From NCBI RefSeq assembly GCF_009914755.1, contig NC_060936.1: a stretch of DNA of 64,000 nucleotides; one strand, written 5' to 3'. This document shows, piece after piece, positions 28,256-49,611 of this stretch (its first letter is position 1; each line of letters starts with the position of its first letter). The notes beneath the pieces are model-generated. The model was given only the letters and a program-made list of their open reading frames with translations. It did no database searches and was not told the DNA's origin. The translations under genes were made by a program, and so were the position numbers. This DNA comes from the human T2T-CHM13v2.0 reference genome, Homo sapiens.

Positions 28256-28667
28256 AAAATTAAAATTAATAAAATTTGAATAAAATTCCAACCTCAGTTT
28301 CTCAGTCACAGTGTAGCCACAATCCACGTGCTCAATAGCACTAGGCTATGGCATTACAGGACATGTGACTTGACTATTCCTATGCAACTCGTATAGCTTT
28401 TTAAATCATTTATTTCTGTTTTGACTTCCCAGCACTTGCCAAAAGCTTTCAAGGTGAAGTGTCCCAGTTTATTTAAGCACCACCTGGCAGCCGCTGAAGT
28501 GTCACGTTTCTATTTCACAGGAGCTAGCCATGAATCTGATTGCTACTGTTCCACATGATTAGCACGTTTGGGGTGACAGATTGTTGGGTTTGTCACACTT
28601 CGGAGCAGGTTGTGATTCTGTAATCGTTTTTTCTGAAGGGAATGAAGCATCAAGAAGCTACTGGTCT

Positions 28668-28931
28668 GGACCGGGTACAGTGGCTCACGCCTATAATCCC
28701 GGCACTTTGGGAGGCCAAGGTGGAAGGATCACTGGAGCCCAGGGGTTCAAGACCAGGCTGGGCAACATAGGGAGACTCCATCTCACCAAAAAACTTAGCC
28801 AGGCGTGGTGGTACACGCCTGTAGTCCCAGCTACTCAGGAGGCTGAGGTGGGAGAATCACTTGAGCCCAGGAGGTTGAGACCAGCCTGGGAAACATGGTG
28901 AGACCTTGTCTCTACAAAAAAAAAAAAAAAG
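28668..28931 (+). mobile_element. Atypical AluJ-age dimer whose second arm ends as a left monomer
   Basis: TSD AAGAAGCYASTGGTCT. Confidence 0.88.
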
Positions 28932-29448
28932 AAGCCAGTGGTCTGTGTCTCAAGAAGCGACATATCATGTTTCCCTGCAGCCCTCGCCTCTAGAGAGTTG
29001 CAGAATAAGAGAAGAGGAATGAGCTCACACAGAGGGACCATGCTGGTAGTAAGACATATAAAAAGAGCAGTTAAAATGATTAGGGATGTCAAATCTTAAG
29101 AACCCCAAGGATAATTCATTAGACTCTGAAGTATCTGATGAGCTCACCTGGTCCATCCTGGATGAATAAGAGCAATTTGCCCTTTTCTCTCAACTCCCAA
29201 GAGATAAAGATCCACACCAGCCCTTGTTTTCTCATTGCACTGAATCGTACCTCTCAGGTGTCAAGAAGTGTTTCTCTAAGTCTTATCAGAAGCTCTCCTA
29301 TTAGCTGATCTTTCAAACCTGTCTGCTAACTTGGATATCATTTAATGATGGCTGCTCCCTGAATGTCAGGACCTTTTACCTGGAAATAACTCTTTAGTAT
29401 TTTCGCATTTTTGATGCTTCTACATCTCAATATAATTATCCAATTTTT

Positions 29449-30169
<721 letters not shown>

Positions 30170-30239
30170 TAAAATTTCCATTGGCCACTTTTTTCTTGGC
30201 CAGCCCAATAGTACAAATGTATTCAGATTATGCCTTTCT

Positions 30240-30502
30240 GGTCAGGAGCAGTGGCTCACACCTGTAATCCTAGCATTTTGGGAGGACAAGGCGGGTGGAT
30301 TGCATGAGCTCAGAGTTCAAGATCAGCCTGGGCAACATGGCAAAACCCCATCTTTACTAAAAAATATAAAAATTAGGCGGATGTGGTGGCACATACCTGT
30401 AATCACTCGAACCCAGGAGGCCGAGGTTGCAGTGAGTCAAGAAAGCGCCACTGCACTCCAGCCTGAGTGATAGAGTGAGACAGTGTCTCAAAAAAAAAAA
30501 AA
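30240..30502 (+). mobile_element. Alu with a right-arm deletion
   Basis: Dimer. Confidence 0.92.
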
Positions 30503-30808
30503 TCTGCCTTTCTAATATTGAGGCGAGAGCTATCAGCATAAATCTATACCTCTCTTGCTTATTCATAACATAGGCCTTGGATAGTTTCTTTAAAAACAAG
30601 AACAACAATAAAATACAAACCATGGTAGCACATTCAATCCTGTTGCTGATGAAAGTGATGGCTTTTATAGATGCCTCAGAAGAAATAACACATATTCCCA
30701 AAAGAGTTGCTGTCATTTATGCCTCTTTCAAGGTTAAACTTGGCTGTGTGCAATGTTTTGTTTGCAAGTTTTTGATTGCAAGTAATGGGAATGTCCTATG
30801 GCTAGCAT

Positions 30809-31120
30809 AAGGAAAGAAAGGGAGGAGAAAGGAAGGGAAGGGGAGGGGAGGGAAGGGGAGGGGAGGAGAGAGGAATAGGAAGGGGAAGGAAGAAGGGAGG
30901 GAAGGGGAGGGGAGGGAAGGGGAGGGGAGGAGAGAGGAATAGGAAGGGGAAGGAAGAAAGGGAGGAGAAAGGAAGGGAAGGGGAGGGGAGGGAAGGGGAG
31001 GGGAGGAGAGAGGAATAGGAAGGGGAAGGAAGAAGGGAGGGAAGGGGAGGGGAGGGAAGAGGAGGGGAGGAGAGAGGAATAGGAAGGGGAAGGAAGAAGG
31101 GAGGGAAGGGAAGGAGGAAG
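30809..31120. repeat. Polypurine tandem repeat with a 140-bp period
   Basis: Only four T residues; 30821-30960 repeats at 30961-31100 with two mismatches. Confidence 0.95.
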
Positions 31121-31202
31121 TTAATGAAAGGATGTTGGAGGCATTTTATGGAAGCAAAGGAAGAGGTGGATAACTAAACCATCCTAGAAAAGGAAGAAAC
31201 CA

Positions 31203-32465
<1,263 letters not shown>

Positions 32466-32864
32466 GCAGCCTAATCTCCTTGAACCCTATCTATGGACTA
32501 GCACATAAAAAAGAGAAATTTCTAACTTGTTTAAGCCCCTGTATTTTGGAGTCTGTTTGTTACAGTAGCTTATCTATGAAATAATAGAGCTGGGATTGCT
32601 GTGTTGGATCTGAAGGGCCTTATGGTTCCTGCCCAGGATGTAGTCATTCAGAAACCCAGCAGGATTCAGGTTTGATACACTGAGGGAGGCTGAATTGCAC
32701 ACTTTTACCTGAGTTCCCATGAGGACTGGCAGCCTTTTGAAATCCCTGCCTTCCTTATTTCCATTAATATCCTTACAGTAATAGGAGACCATCTGTTTCT
32801 TGGCACCAAAAACTTCTAAAACAAACTCTCCCCTTACATCCTGCACTTCTCATTTAGATGCATC

Positions 32865-33032
32865 CTTTCTGTCTTCTCTGCTAAACAGTGAGCTCCAGGA
32901 AGAAAAGGATCATCATTTATCCTTCCATGCTGTGTCTTTAGAACCTAGTGTGGTGCCCAGCACATAGAAGGTATCCCAACAAATAGGGGATGGAGGGAGG
33001 GAGGGAAGGATGAGTGGATGGATGAATAAATG
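32865..33032 (+). mobile_element. L2 3' end
   Basis: GTGAGCTCCAGGAAG..ACCTAGTGTGGTGCCCAGCACATAG..GGATGGATGAAT. Confidence 0.55.
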
Positions 33033-33489
33033 GAAAAAAAGAAAATAATAAAACTAGCTGTAGCTTATAGGAGGGAAGCCTTCATGGAACTTCTCTCTCC
33101 AGGCTCTGAATTCCTACTGTCCTGACTTTCTCTGTGTCACTGTCACGTATGACTGAGCCACGTCCCCATTTTCACCTCCACTCTGGAGGCATACTTCAAC
33201 AGAAGTGTTAGGTCACAGAGGTATGTCTTTAGGACCTTTCTTTTTAGTGGCTCTACAATCTTACAACCCTCTTTCTAAGCATCTAGAGGCCTAATACTAT
33301 AGAGCTTTCCTTTATCATACTCAAATAATTATTTTTCTCGGACCTACTTTGCTAGCCTGATTAGAAAACAGAGCCTGAGACAAGATTGAAGTGCTAACAC
33401 TTTATTTAGCAGTTGAAAGCCTATAGAGGTGAGAATGAGGAAGAAAAGAGGAAAGAGGTGAGGTGAAATACAAATCAATGTGATGTGTT

Positions 33490-33834
<345 letters not shown>

Positions 33835-33852
33835 TTATAAAATTAATCAAGG

Positions 33853-34445
<593 letters not shown>

Positions 34446-34605
34446 GATTTATTCAGGGAGAGAGAAGGAGAGATGAAAATAAACCAAGTTTGCAGCACAC
34501 TCAGCACTAATCATTAGGTAGCTTGGTCTCTGACCTGCTTCCTCATAGCTGTTTGTCTCCTATTGTCCTAGAATCGTATATACCCAGTTAAAAGATTATA
34601 GTTCC

Positions 34606-34905
<300 letters not shown>

Positions 34906-35633
34906 TTATAGTTCCCCTTAACTGCTCTACAGGTAACAACTTGAACATGATGAAATGTTAAGTTTTCCCTTTGAGATATTCTTTCAGGTTCTGCATACCA
35001 GTGAAATTACTAACATCAGCTGTACTGAAGGACCCCAATGGAACTGAGTCACAAAAGAATTCAGTTTCCATGTCCTGATGATTTTATCCCCCTTACCCTG
35101 ATCAATGACCCCAAATTCCATGATCCCCTTAAAAACCCCAGCCCAGAACTCCTTGAGGAGATGGATTTGACTGTCTCCTTTCATCTCCTTCCTTGGCTGC
35201 CCTGCAACCATTACACTCTTTCTCTGCTGCAAGCCCTACTGTCTCAGTGTAATTAGTATGTTACTGTACATCAGGCACATGAGCCTGTTGGTCGTATAAT
35301 ATTGCCGTACTGGCCACCAATCCCAATCCTGCACAGCAGGTTACTCACCAGCCTTGTTTGCTTGGTGCATAGTCTTTTCCAGAGAGACCACGAGGAGGAG
35401 CCACATCTAGGAACAGATCCTCACAAGTGAGAAAGGAGAAGGAATGTATTTGCTTAGCTCTCTCCTATCTTCCATTTCTCAGTGGCCAAGATTCATCCCT
35501 GGGGAAACTAACTCCCCTATACTCTTTGGTTGTGTAACCTAGCACCTTGCAGCCATCCAGGCTGGCAAATTCCAATGGCGTGGCATTACAAATCCAGAAG
35601 TAGAGAGGTAATTCAGTGTGGATAGGGTGCTGA

Positions 35634-35981
<348 letters not shown>

Positions 35982-36360
35982 GGGAAGAATATTCTGAATT
36001 ATCCAGGTGGGCCCAATCTAATCACATTCGTCCCTAAAATCAGAGAATCTTTCCCAGCTGTGTTCAGAGACAGACATGACAACAGAAGGGCCAGAGTGAT
36101 GCTTCATTGCTGGCTTTGCAGATGGAGAAGGGGCCACTAGCCAAGGGATGGGGGCAGCCTTTGGAAGCTGGAAAAGGCAAGGAAACGGATTCTCCACTAG
36201 AGCCTCCAAAAAGAAATACAGCCCTAGTGGCACCTTGATTTTAGTCCAGTGAAATCCATGTTGAACTTCTGGACTATAGAACTAGAAGAAAATTAATGTG
36301 CATTGTTTTAAGCCATTAAGTTATGATAATTTGTTATAGCACCAAGAGGAAATTGATACA
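35982..36360 (+). mobile_element. MLT1D LTR, 3' part
   Basis: TTATCCAGGTGGGCCCAAT..GAAGCTGGAAAAGGCAAGGAAACGGATTCTCC..TTTTAAGCCA..GATACA. Confidence 0.85.
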
Positions 36361-36397
36361 TAGTCTCTACTGCTATAGCTAGTTCTAGGGCCACAAT

Positions 36398-37111
36398 TGT
36401 AACCACTCAATGGGTTCATTTTACCTTCTGCCCAAATAGAGCCAATTTATCAATACAGGGGAATTGCAATAGAGAAAGAGTTTAATTCGCACAGAGCCAG
36501 CTGAATGAGAGACTAGAGTTTTACTACTCAAATCAATCTCTCCAAAGATTTGGGGGTTGACTTTTCAAGGATAGTTTGGTTGGCCAGGGAATGGATACTA
36601 CTGATTAGTTGGGGATGCAATCATAGGGGTGTGGAAAATGGTCCTTGTGCATGCTGAGTCCACTTCTGGGTGCGGCCGCATGACCCATTGGCAGGTCTGG
36701 GTGGAACCATTTGTTGCCAGAAATGCAAAAACCTGAAAAGACATCTCAAAAGGACAATCTTAGGTTCTACAATAGTGAGGTTATCTGCAGGAGTCATTGG
36801 GGAAGTGGCAAATCTTGTGACCTCTGGAATAATGGCCAGCAATCATTTACACCTAGATCTTAGCAGAAGTCAGGCTCCCCTCATGCGCCTATTCTAGCGG
36901 TCTTTCATTAGCTTTACAAAGTGGTTTAGTTTGAGAGAAGGGCAATTGCCATGTAAACAATAAACTAAATGTCTCCCAAAGTTAGCTTGACCCAATCCCA
37001 GGAATGATTAAGGTCAGTTCAGAGGTTAAAGGCAAGATGGGGGTTGGTTAGATCAGATCTCTTTCACTGTCACAATTTTCTCACTGCTATAATTTTTGCA
37101 AAAGTGTTTCA
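36398..37111 (-). mobile_element. LTR8A (ERV1) solo LTR
   Basis: TGTAACC..GGGGAATTGCAATAGAGAAAGAGTTTAATT..AATTTTTGCAAAAGTGTTTCA; 4-bp TSD CAAT/TAAT. Confidence 0.85.
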
Positions 37112-37687
37112 TAATTGAAATTTATCATCTCTGTCTTCCATGACCCAGTTGGGGTTACCCAGACATTCATCCCCAAGGAGTATAGGTGTTTAGGAACCCT
37201 TGCGAGCTCACAGTTGTTGTAACTGCCCATTAACAGTCATCCCAAGCATGAAAATATCAAATGATACACTAGTGAATCTTCTGGGTTCCAGACATTTTGT
37301 CTCCTGCCCCTGTTGTGAAGCAGCTACCTTAATTCCCCAGAACAATCAGAAATGATTATCCCAGGCAGTGCAGTAACTCCCTTCTCTGCTTGTCACTTCA
37401 ATAATACGAGGAACTCAAACTAAGTACTATATAGTCGCAGCATCCAATTCAATGGAATGCTTACTGTGTCCCCAGGCCTAAGAGTTCTTCCAGAAATTAG
37501 AAACTCTTATCCTACAGAGCCCAAGGTTACAGGGATGAGAAGCACAAAATCTGCAAGTGGGTCACTGGGTGCAATTGTGAGAAAGGTCAGCCCCTGTTTC
37601 CCAACCCCAATATACTAACTAGAGAGGCATAGTATAGTATATTACTTGTTAGCTCAAGGAATAAGCCACATCCTTCAAGATAGCCCA

Positions 37688-37988
<301 letters not shown>

Positions 37989-38041
37989 CTATCCTGCAAG
38001 ATATACTTCTCCAGCACATTAATTGGGCCTTCAACAGATGC

Positions 38042-38189
38042 TATTAAATGTAGATTTTATTATTATGCAAATACGGTGAGGCCAATATAGGAGGCAATTG
38101 ACATTGAAAAGATAGTGTCTCACTAGGCCCAAGAGGAGGGGGCACACCAGGCCATACATGGCCACATGGCCACATAGGGGAAGCACCAG
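38042..38189. mobile_element. MER76 LTR part; its other end reappears at ~38936-38957
   Basis: TGTAGATTTTATTATTATGCA..GGTGAGGCCAA..CCAAGAGGAGGGGGCACAC..GGGGAAGCACCAG; GTTAATACA after the RPL35A tail. Confidence 0.6.
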
Positions 38190-38222
38190 TGTCAGAGGCA
38201 TTTGAACCAGAGTGACTCAATC
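38190..38222 (+). mobile_element. First ~33 bp of a MER41-type LTR
   Basis: TGTCAGAGGCATTTGAACCAGAGTGACTC matches the recalled MER41 5' terminus. Confidence 0.65.
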
Positions 38223-38518
38223 TTTTTTTTTTTTTTTGAGACAGTCTCACTCTGTCACCCAGGCTGGAGTGCAGTGGCACAATCTCGGCTCATTGCAACC
38301 TCCACCTCCCCGGGTTCAAGTGATTCTCCTGCCTCAGGTTCCCAAGTACCTGGGACTACAGGCGAGCACCACCACGCTCAGCTAATTTTTGTATTTTTAG
38401 TAGACACGGGGTTTCTCCATGTTGGTCAGGCTGGTCTCGAACTCCTGACCTCAGGTGATCTGCCCACCTCAGCTTCCCAAAGTGCTGGGGTTATAGGCGT
38501 GAGCCACTGTGCCCCACC
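38223..38518 (-). mobile_element. AluS without a detectable TSD
   Basis: Full dimer between the MER41 stub and the RPL35A 5'UTR. Confidence 0.95.
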
Positions 38519-38935
38519 TGGGAACAGGACTTCTAAAAGGCAAATATGCCTGGAAGGCTGTGGTCCTAAGGCCATTTTTGCTGGCTATAAGCAGGGTCTC
38601 TGGAACCAAAGGGAGCACACAGCTCTCCTTAAAATTGAAGATGTTTATGCCCAAGATGAAACTGAATTCTGTTTGGGCAAGAGGTCTGCTTATTTATACA
38701 AAGCAAAGAATAACACAGTGACTCCTGGTGGCAAACCGAACCAAACCAGAGTAATCTGGGGAAAGGTAACTCAGACCTATGGAAACAGTGGCGTGGTTTG
38801 TGCCAAATTCCAAAGCAAACTTCCTGCTAAAGCCACTAGACATGGAATCCATGTGATGCTGTACCCTTCAAATATTTAAACTAATGAAAACTAAATAAAT
38901 AAAAGTGGATTTGTGCTCTTGTAAAAAAAAAAAAA
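38519..38935 (+). pseudogene. RPL35A: Processed pseudogene of ribosomal protein L35a (eL33)
   Basis: ATG at 38546 gives MPGRLWS, then an extra T (38567) creates TAA. The shifted frame reads [27 protein letters not shown]...VMLYPSNI* (stop 38877-38879), about 80% identical to RPL35A as recalled. No introns; 5'UTR remnant, AATAAA at 38894/38898, poly(A) 38923-38935. Many Arg->Gln/Trp/Cys/His changes typical of CpG decay. Confidence 0.97.
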
Positions 38936-39114
38936 TCAGAAACATACAGTTAATACAATAGGCCATCCCATTATTCTATCAGACCAGTTATTTCTGAGTG
39001 ATAGGTACATGGTTAAGACTAGTGAAGCCCATGGCCATAGGCCCCTTATCACATCACACCACACTTTCTTTGCTGTAAAAGGGGTCTCTTGGTTCCCAAG
39101 ATTGTGTGTGATAG

Positions 39115-40096
<982 letters not shown>

Positions 40097-40610
40097 GATA
40101 GTATGCCACTATATGACATCTGCAGTCCACCAGATGCTGGTGCTAGTAGAGACACTTGGAAAGGGGAGGCAAACCTGCTTAAAGGATACATTTAAAGCTT
40201 AAAAGGATAAATTTCTAATTCTCCAAGGGGAGAGGGGTCAGACAGATGTCCTGGACCTACCACCTGGTGGCCATGCTGATCTCTCTGAAGATTGGTACCA
40301 TATTGAGCCCTCCTGCCAGCAGCTGGATACTTAGCAACGGCAAACCTAGAGCATCCTTGGTGGACCCATGTTGTTGGATCCACACATGGTCTCCATCCCT
40401 CCCGTCATGGCCACTATGTTCATGGCCCCACACTGCAAGCTGTGAGGGCGTCAGGCAGCCAGACGCATTGAAGATATAATGTCTTATTCTTTTTGTTTAA
40501 CCAGCATATGGCCTTTTACATAGTGGTTACTCAATAAATATTTTTGAATTTGATTTATTTATGCAACATTTATTGAACTCCTACAATGTGATAGACAATG
40601 AGATAGGTTA

Positions 40611-40967
<357 letters not shown>

Positions 40968-40984
40968 CTAAAGTATCTGTCCTG

Positions 40985-42255
<1,271 letters not shown>

Positions 42256-42259
42256 TAAC

Positions 42260-42655
42260 ACGCAGGACATTTTTTAGGGAGCATTTTCGGCATCAACATC
42301 TGTGGGGGAAGTGAAGGAAGCAGGATTGGACAGAAAGAGAAGTTGGGATATATCACAACTAGATTTCAGCTGATGCCACAGGGAGCTTTGAAGCTGTGCT
42401 CATCTATCAGAGCTGTCTCTGCTGGGACAAGAGGACCAGGCTTTGATTATCTCTGCCTCAGCCTTTCCTTGAATACAGGCTGCCATGGGAGATTGAATGT
42501 GATGCTGGGTGTGATGCCTTTCTTCAGCCAAGGGCAATTTCCAGAAAGGGCTGACAGCTGAGACTGGCAACTGTGGCATCTGCCAGCAGCATTCCCAGAG
42601 GCTAGGGCAAAAGTCCTTCAGTCCTAAAGGGGAGATCGGAGTGGCGCCAACCACA
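42260..42655 (-). mobile_element. LTR16A-like LTR fragment
   Basis: CATCAACATCTGTGGGGG..GAAGCAGGATTGGACAGA..CAGTCCTAAAGGGGAGATC. Confidence 0.65.
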
Positions 42656-42749
42656 ATAAACCCCATCTGTGTCCACGACTCAATTCTTGTCTCTCTTTGC
42701 CTCTCCAGCTCCTCATCGGAGTTGTCCCTCACCAACTCCTCTTTCCAGA

Positions 42750-43850
<1,101 letters not shown>

Positions 43851-43984
43851 CCTGTATCAACAATGTTTTTATCCAACATGGGCTTATCTCTCATTGGCTT
43901 AATTTCTTTTAGGCCCAGATAGAGGTGAGGATGAACTGTCTACTGTCTCCATAGAGAGGCAAGTCTGATAAATCAGAACATTCT

Positions 43985-44111
43985 GGGTTAGGCGCAGTGG
44001 CTCACACCTGTAATCCCAGCAATTTGGGAGGCTGAGGCAAAAGGATCACTTAAGGCCAGGAGTCCGAAACCAGCCTAGACAACATAACAAGACTGTGTCT
44101 CTACAAAAAAA
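43985..44111 (+). mobile_element. FLAM
   Basis: Single left monomer with a short TSD. Confidence 0.85.
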
Positions 44112-44381
44112 GCGAACACTCTGGTTGGGTCAGGTTGATGAATATAAAACCTGGTTCATGATTAATTTTGAGCCATCATATGCCATCCAATAATTTCTGT
44201 TTTTTCCACCAAAGAAAAAGAAACCACCCGTAAAGGAAATTTCCCACATGCTGCGGGAACCTGCTTCACCTTTTGTTATCCCAACTCCCAAGGTTAGTTA
44301 ATCACAAACAGGACTTTGAGAAACAGCCTTTATGATGAAAGAAAATAAGGCTAAGAGACAGGCTCATTAAATGAGACATTA

Positions 44382-44979
<598 letters not shown>

Positions 44980-45161
44980 GACATTAAAAGAGACAGACCA
45001 GCTCACTAAATCATACTGAAGCCAGTGAGGGTATCTTTGGAGTGATGAGGGAAAAACAGGAGCTGGCAAGGGAGAGAAAAACGCTGGGTGGGGAGGTTGG
45101 GCAGAGTTAAGAACATTTTGCCAAGAATCTAATCGTACATCATTTTGTTGCCCAGTTGTAG

Positions 45162-45689
<528 letters not shown>

Positions 45690-45973
45690 TGAAAGAGGTG
45701 TCAGGTCTTTTGAGCTTTACTTCACTGCAGGTAGCCAGCTGGAATGGGAAAGTGATCAAAGTAAACTTAAAACCTTAGAATTCATTTTCTTAAGGAAATT
45801 CTTAACTCGGAAATTCACCCACACAGAGCTATGTGCGAGTGGATAATTGATACTGAATACATTAATGGCAAAATCGTATTCATGCTTCCTAAAATAGCAG
45901 AATTGTACCATGGGTAGTTGGGAAGAAGGCTAAAAAATAAATAACAGAAAGATCTTCATACCGCAAAAGACTC

Positions 45974-46468
<495 letters not shown>

Positions 46469-47229
46469 AAAAGACTAATTTTTAACCAGCATTTGTAATG
46501 ATACTAGATGATTATGCGGGACCTCTCAAGAATGTGTTCTGAAAAGATCAGTCAACCCTAAAGGTTACATTGTTAGGTTTCAATTTTTAGTGAGCTGTAG
46601 GATACCAACTTTGGTAAAATTATCTTCTTGGGATATCCATTTTTGTGAGAGCAATTGTATGTGCTGCTGTACCTGTTCTCAGTTTCGTATTATGGTTCTA
46701 TACCTTAGATGATTTGCCTGAGGTTCATTTCAGTAAGAAAAAGAAATTGGCAAATAATAATGGAACACAAACAAGAAAACCCAGTACATCTCTGACTTTC
46801 TCCACAGTTCTCCCTTTCAACATTGGCCTAACCATGGACAAACTTAAAACATTCCCTTTAGCAAAAGTGAGATCATCTGTCATTTTCAAAAGAAGATATT
46901 CCAATAAACAAATGAAATACCAAAAGCAAGAAAAAAAAATGCCAGGTTGAAAAATTTAGGTTTCTGAGTTTCTGATCTTGTAAAAGCTTCCTAGCTTACT
47001 GAGACAGTTGCTGCTGATTTGACAGCCTACTCAAACAATTTCCTCATTGAATTTTTCTGCTCTTTCTCCTTTGATTCCTGTATTTGCAACCACCCAAAAG
47101 TGGGTACCAGTCATGGAGAACTTCAGGAGAAAAGTGAACAAAAAGCAAGTGAGGTTGGCAGCCCGGGCCCATACAAGTAATGTACTCTTCACTCTTCTCC
47201 AGGTAGCTTCAAAATAGAAAAGCTTCCCC

Positions 47230-47397
47230 TCGCACCTGTAGCCCCAGCTACTCGGAAGCTGAGGTGGGATGATCGCTTGAGCCTGGGAGGTTGAGGCTGC
47301 AGTGAGCTGTGATCTCACCACTGTACTACTACAGGCTGGGCGACAGCGTGAGACCCTGTCTCAAAAACAAACAAACAAGCAAACAAACAAACAAAAA
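47230..47397 (+). mobile_element. Alu right monomer (FRAM/AluJ)
   Basis: (CAAA)n tail; TSD AAAAGCT. Confidence 0.88.
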
Positions 47398-47996
47398 GCT
47401 CCTTCCTTCCTTAGGAAATTGTCAAAGGTCGGTTTCCTATAGTAACAGTTTGTGGTCACACCAAATTTGGAACCTGTATTACACAAGAGTCTAATGAGAT
47501 TCCACAACCTAGCTTGAGTCCTGCAGACTTAATCTTAGCCTTTGAGTCAAATTCCATTCGTATAAAAAGAAAAGTAATTTTTAACATGGAAGTTGCAGCT
47601 GTCTTTGATATAAAATTGTATCCTTCACTTTTCACTTTCAAAACTTCCTCTCACTGAAACAAACTATCCAGATTTATTTTTAGACATCTCAAAGAAGCCC
47701 AGTTACCGTAATAACCTAAGTGTTAAATTAAAGGCAAGAACTTTCTGTAAATATTGTTACTACAGGTTGACGTAAATTACCAATATAGCAGATAAGCTTA
47801 AGTCATCACAGATTAAATTCTGCTTTTATGGTTAATTATAATAGAATGATAAGCTTATTTGTGTATCATTTATTCAAATCTGGACGTTCATCAGAACCAC
47901 ACCCAAACCATCCTATTTAAACCACATTCTAGCCTACCACCCCAATTTTTAAAAGCAGCCCACAGCCTGTAAAGTCGGTAAATAATTCTAGTGTCT

Positions 47997-48303
<307 letters not shown>

Positions 48304-48389
48304 AATAATTCTAGTGTCTGGCAACCAGCATTTCAGAGAATGTTCTTTGATATTTAATAAAATCCTTCAGTGCAATTAAAGAGTAATTG

Positions 48390-48639
48390 AGGCTGGGCAC
48401 AGTGACTCACACCTGTAATCCTAGCACTTTGGGAGGCTGAAGCAGGTGGATCACTTGAGGTCAGGAGTTCGAGACCTGCCTGGCCAACATGGTGAAACCC
48501 TGTCTCTACTAAAAATACAAAAAATTAGCTGGAAATTGCTTGAACCCAGGAGGTGGAGGTTGCAGTGAGCCGAGCTTGGGCCACTGCATTCCAGTTTGGG
48601 CGACAGAGCAAGACTTCATCTAAAAAAAAAAAAAGAAAA
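48390..48639 (+). mobile_element. AluS with a right-arm deletion
   Basis: TSD AAAGAGTAATTGA. Confidence 0.93.
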
Positions 48640-48891
48640 GAGTAATTGATCACCACCTTCTATAAAATAACAGAGTATGTTATTACTTCTCTCAGGTTAG
48701 ATAATCCTATTCACTCACATTTTCTTTGTAAGTTCCATTTAGCAATTTTATCCATATTTTGTGAGTCTCTGAACCATTGGCTCGTTTTGGTGTCATGTAT
48801 TAACACATAATTAGTAACAAAATAAATGGCGACTAGTCCAGCTCCCTGCTTCGGTTCCCCTGGGCCAAGCCTGATTTTGCTCCAGTAGAAA

Positions 48892-49010
48892 CAGTCAGTG
48901 CCTGTCCCAGGCTTTGATCAGCTTCATTCATTCAGTCAGTGCCTGTCCCAGGCTTTGATCAGCTTCATTCATTCAGTCAGTGCCTGTCCCAGGCTTTGAT
49001 CAGCTTCATT
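48892..49010. repeat. 41-bp minisatellite, 2.9 identical copies
   Basis: CAGTCAGTGCCTGTCCCAGGCTTTGATCAGCTTCATTCATT starting at 48892, 48933 and 48974. Confidence 0.97.
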
Positions 49011-49089
49011 TCATGTTATTATTTCTGCCCCCCAAGCCCTGAAATATCTTATATAGTGGTTATCACCCATGCCTGATCCCCTAATTTAG

Positions 49090-49611
<522 letters not shown>

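Noticed and set aside
38546-38879. RPL35A as a functional retrogene
   Set aside because: Stop at codon 8 from a 1-bp insertion and about 20 substitutions, many CpG-type arginine losses.
48892-49010. CRISPR-like array
   Set aside because: No spacers, eukaryotic context; a simple tandem repeat.
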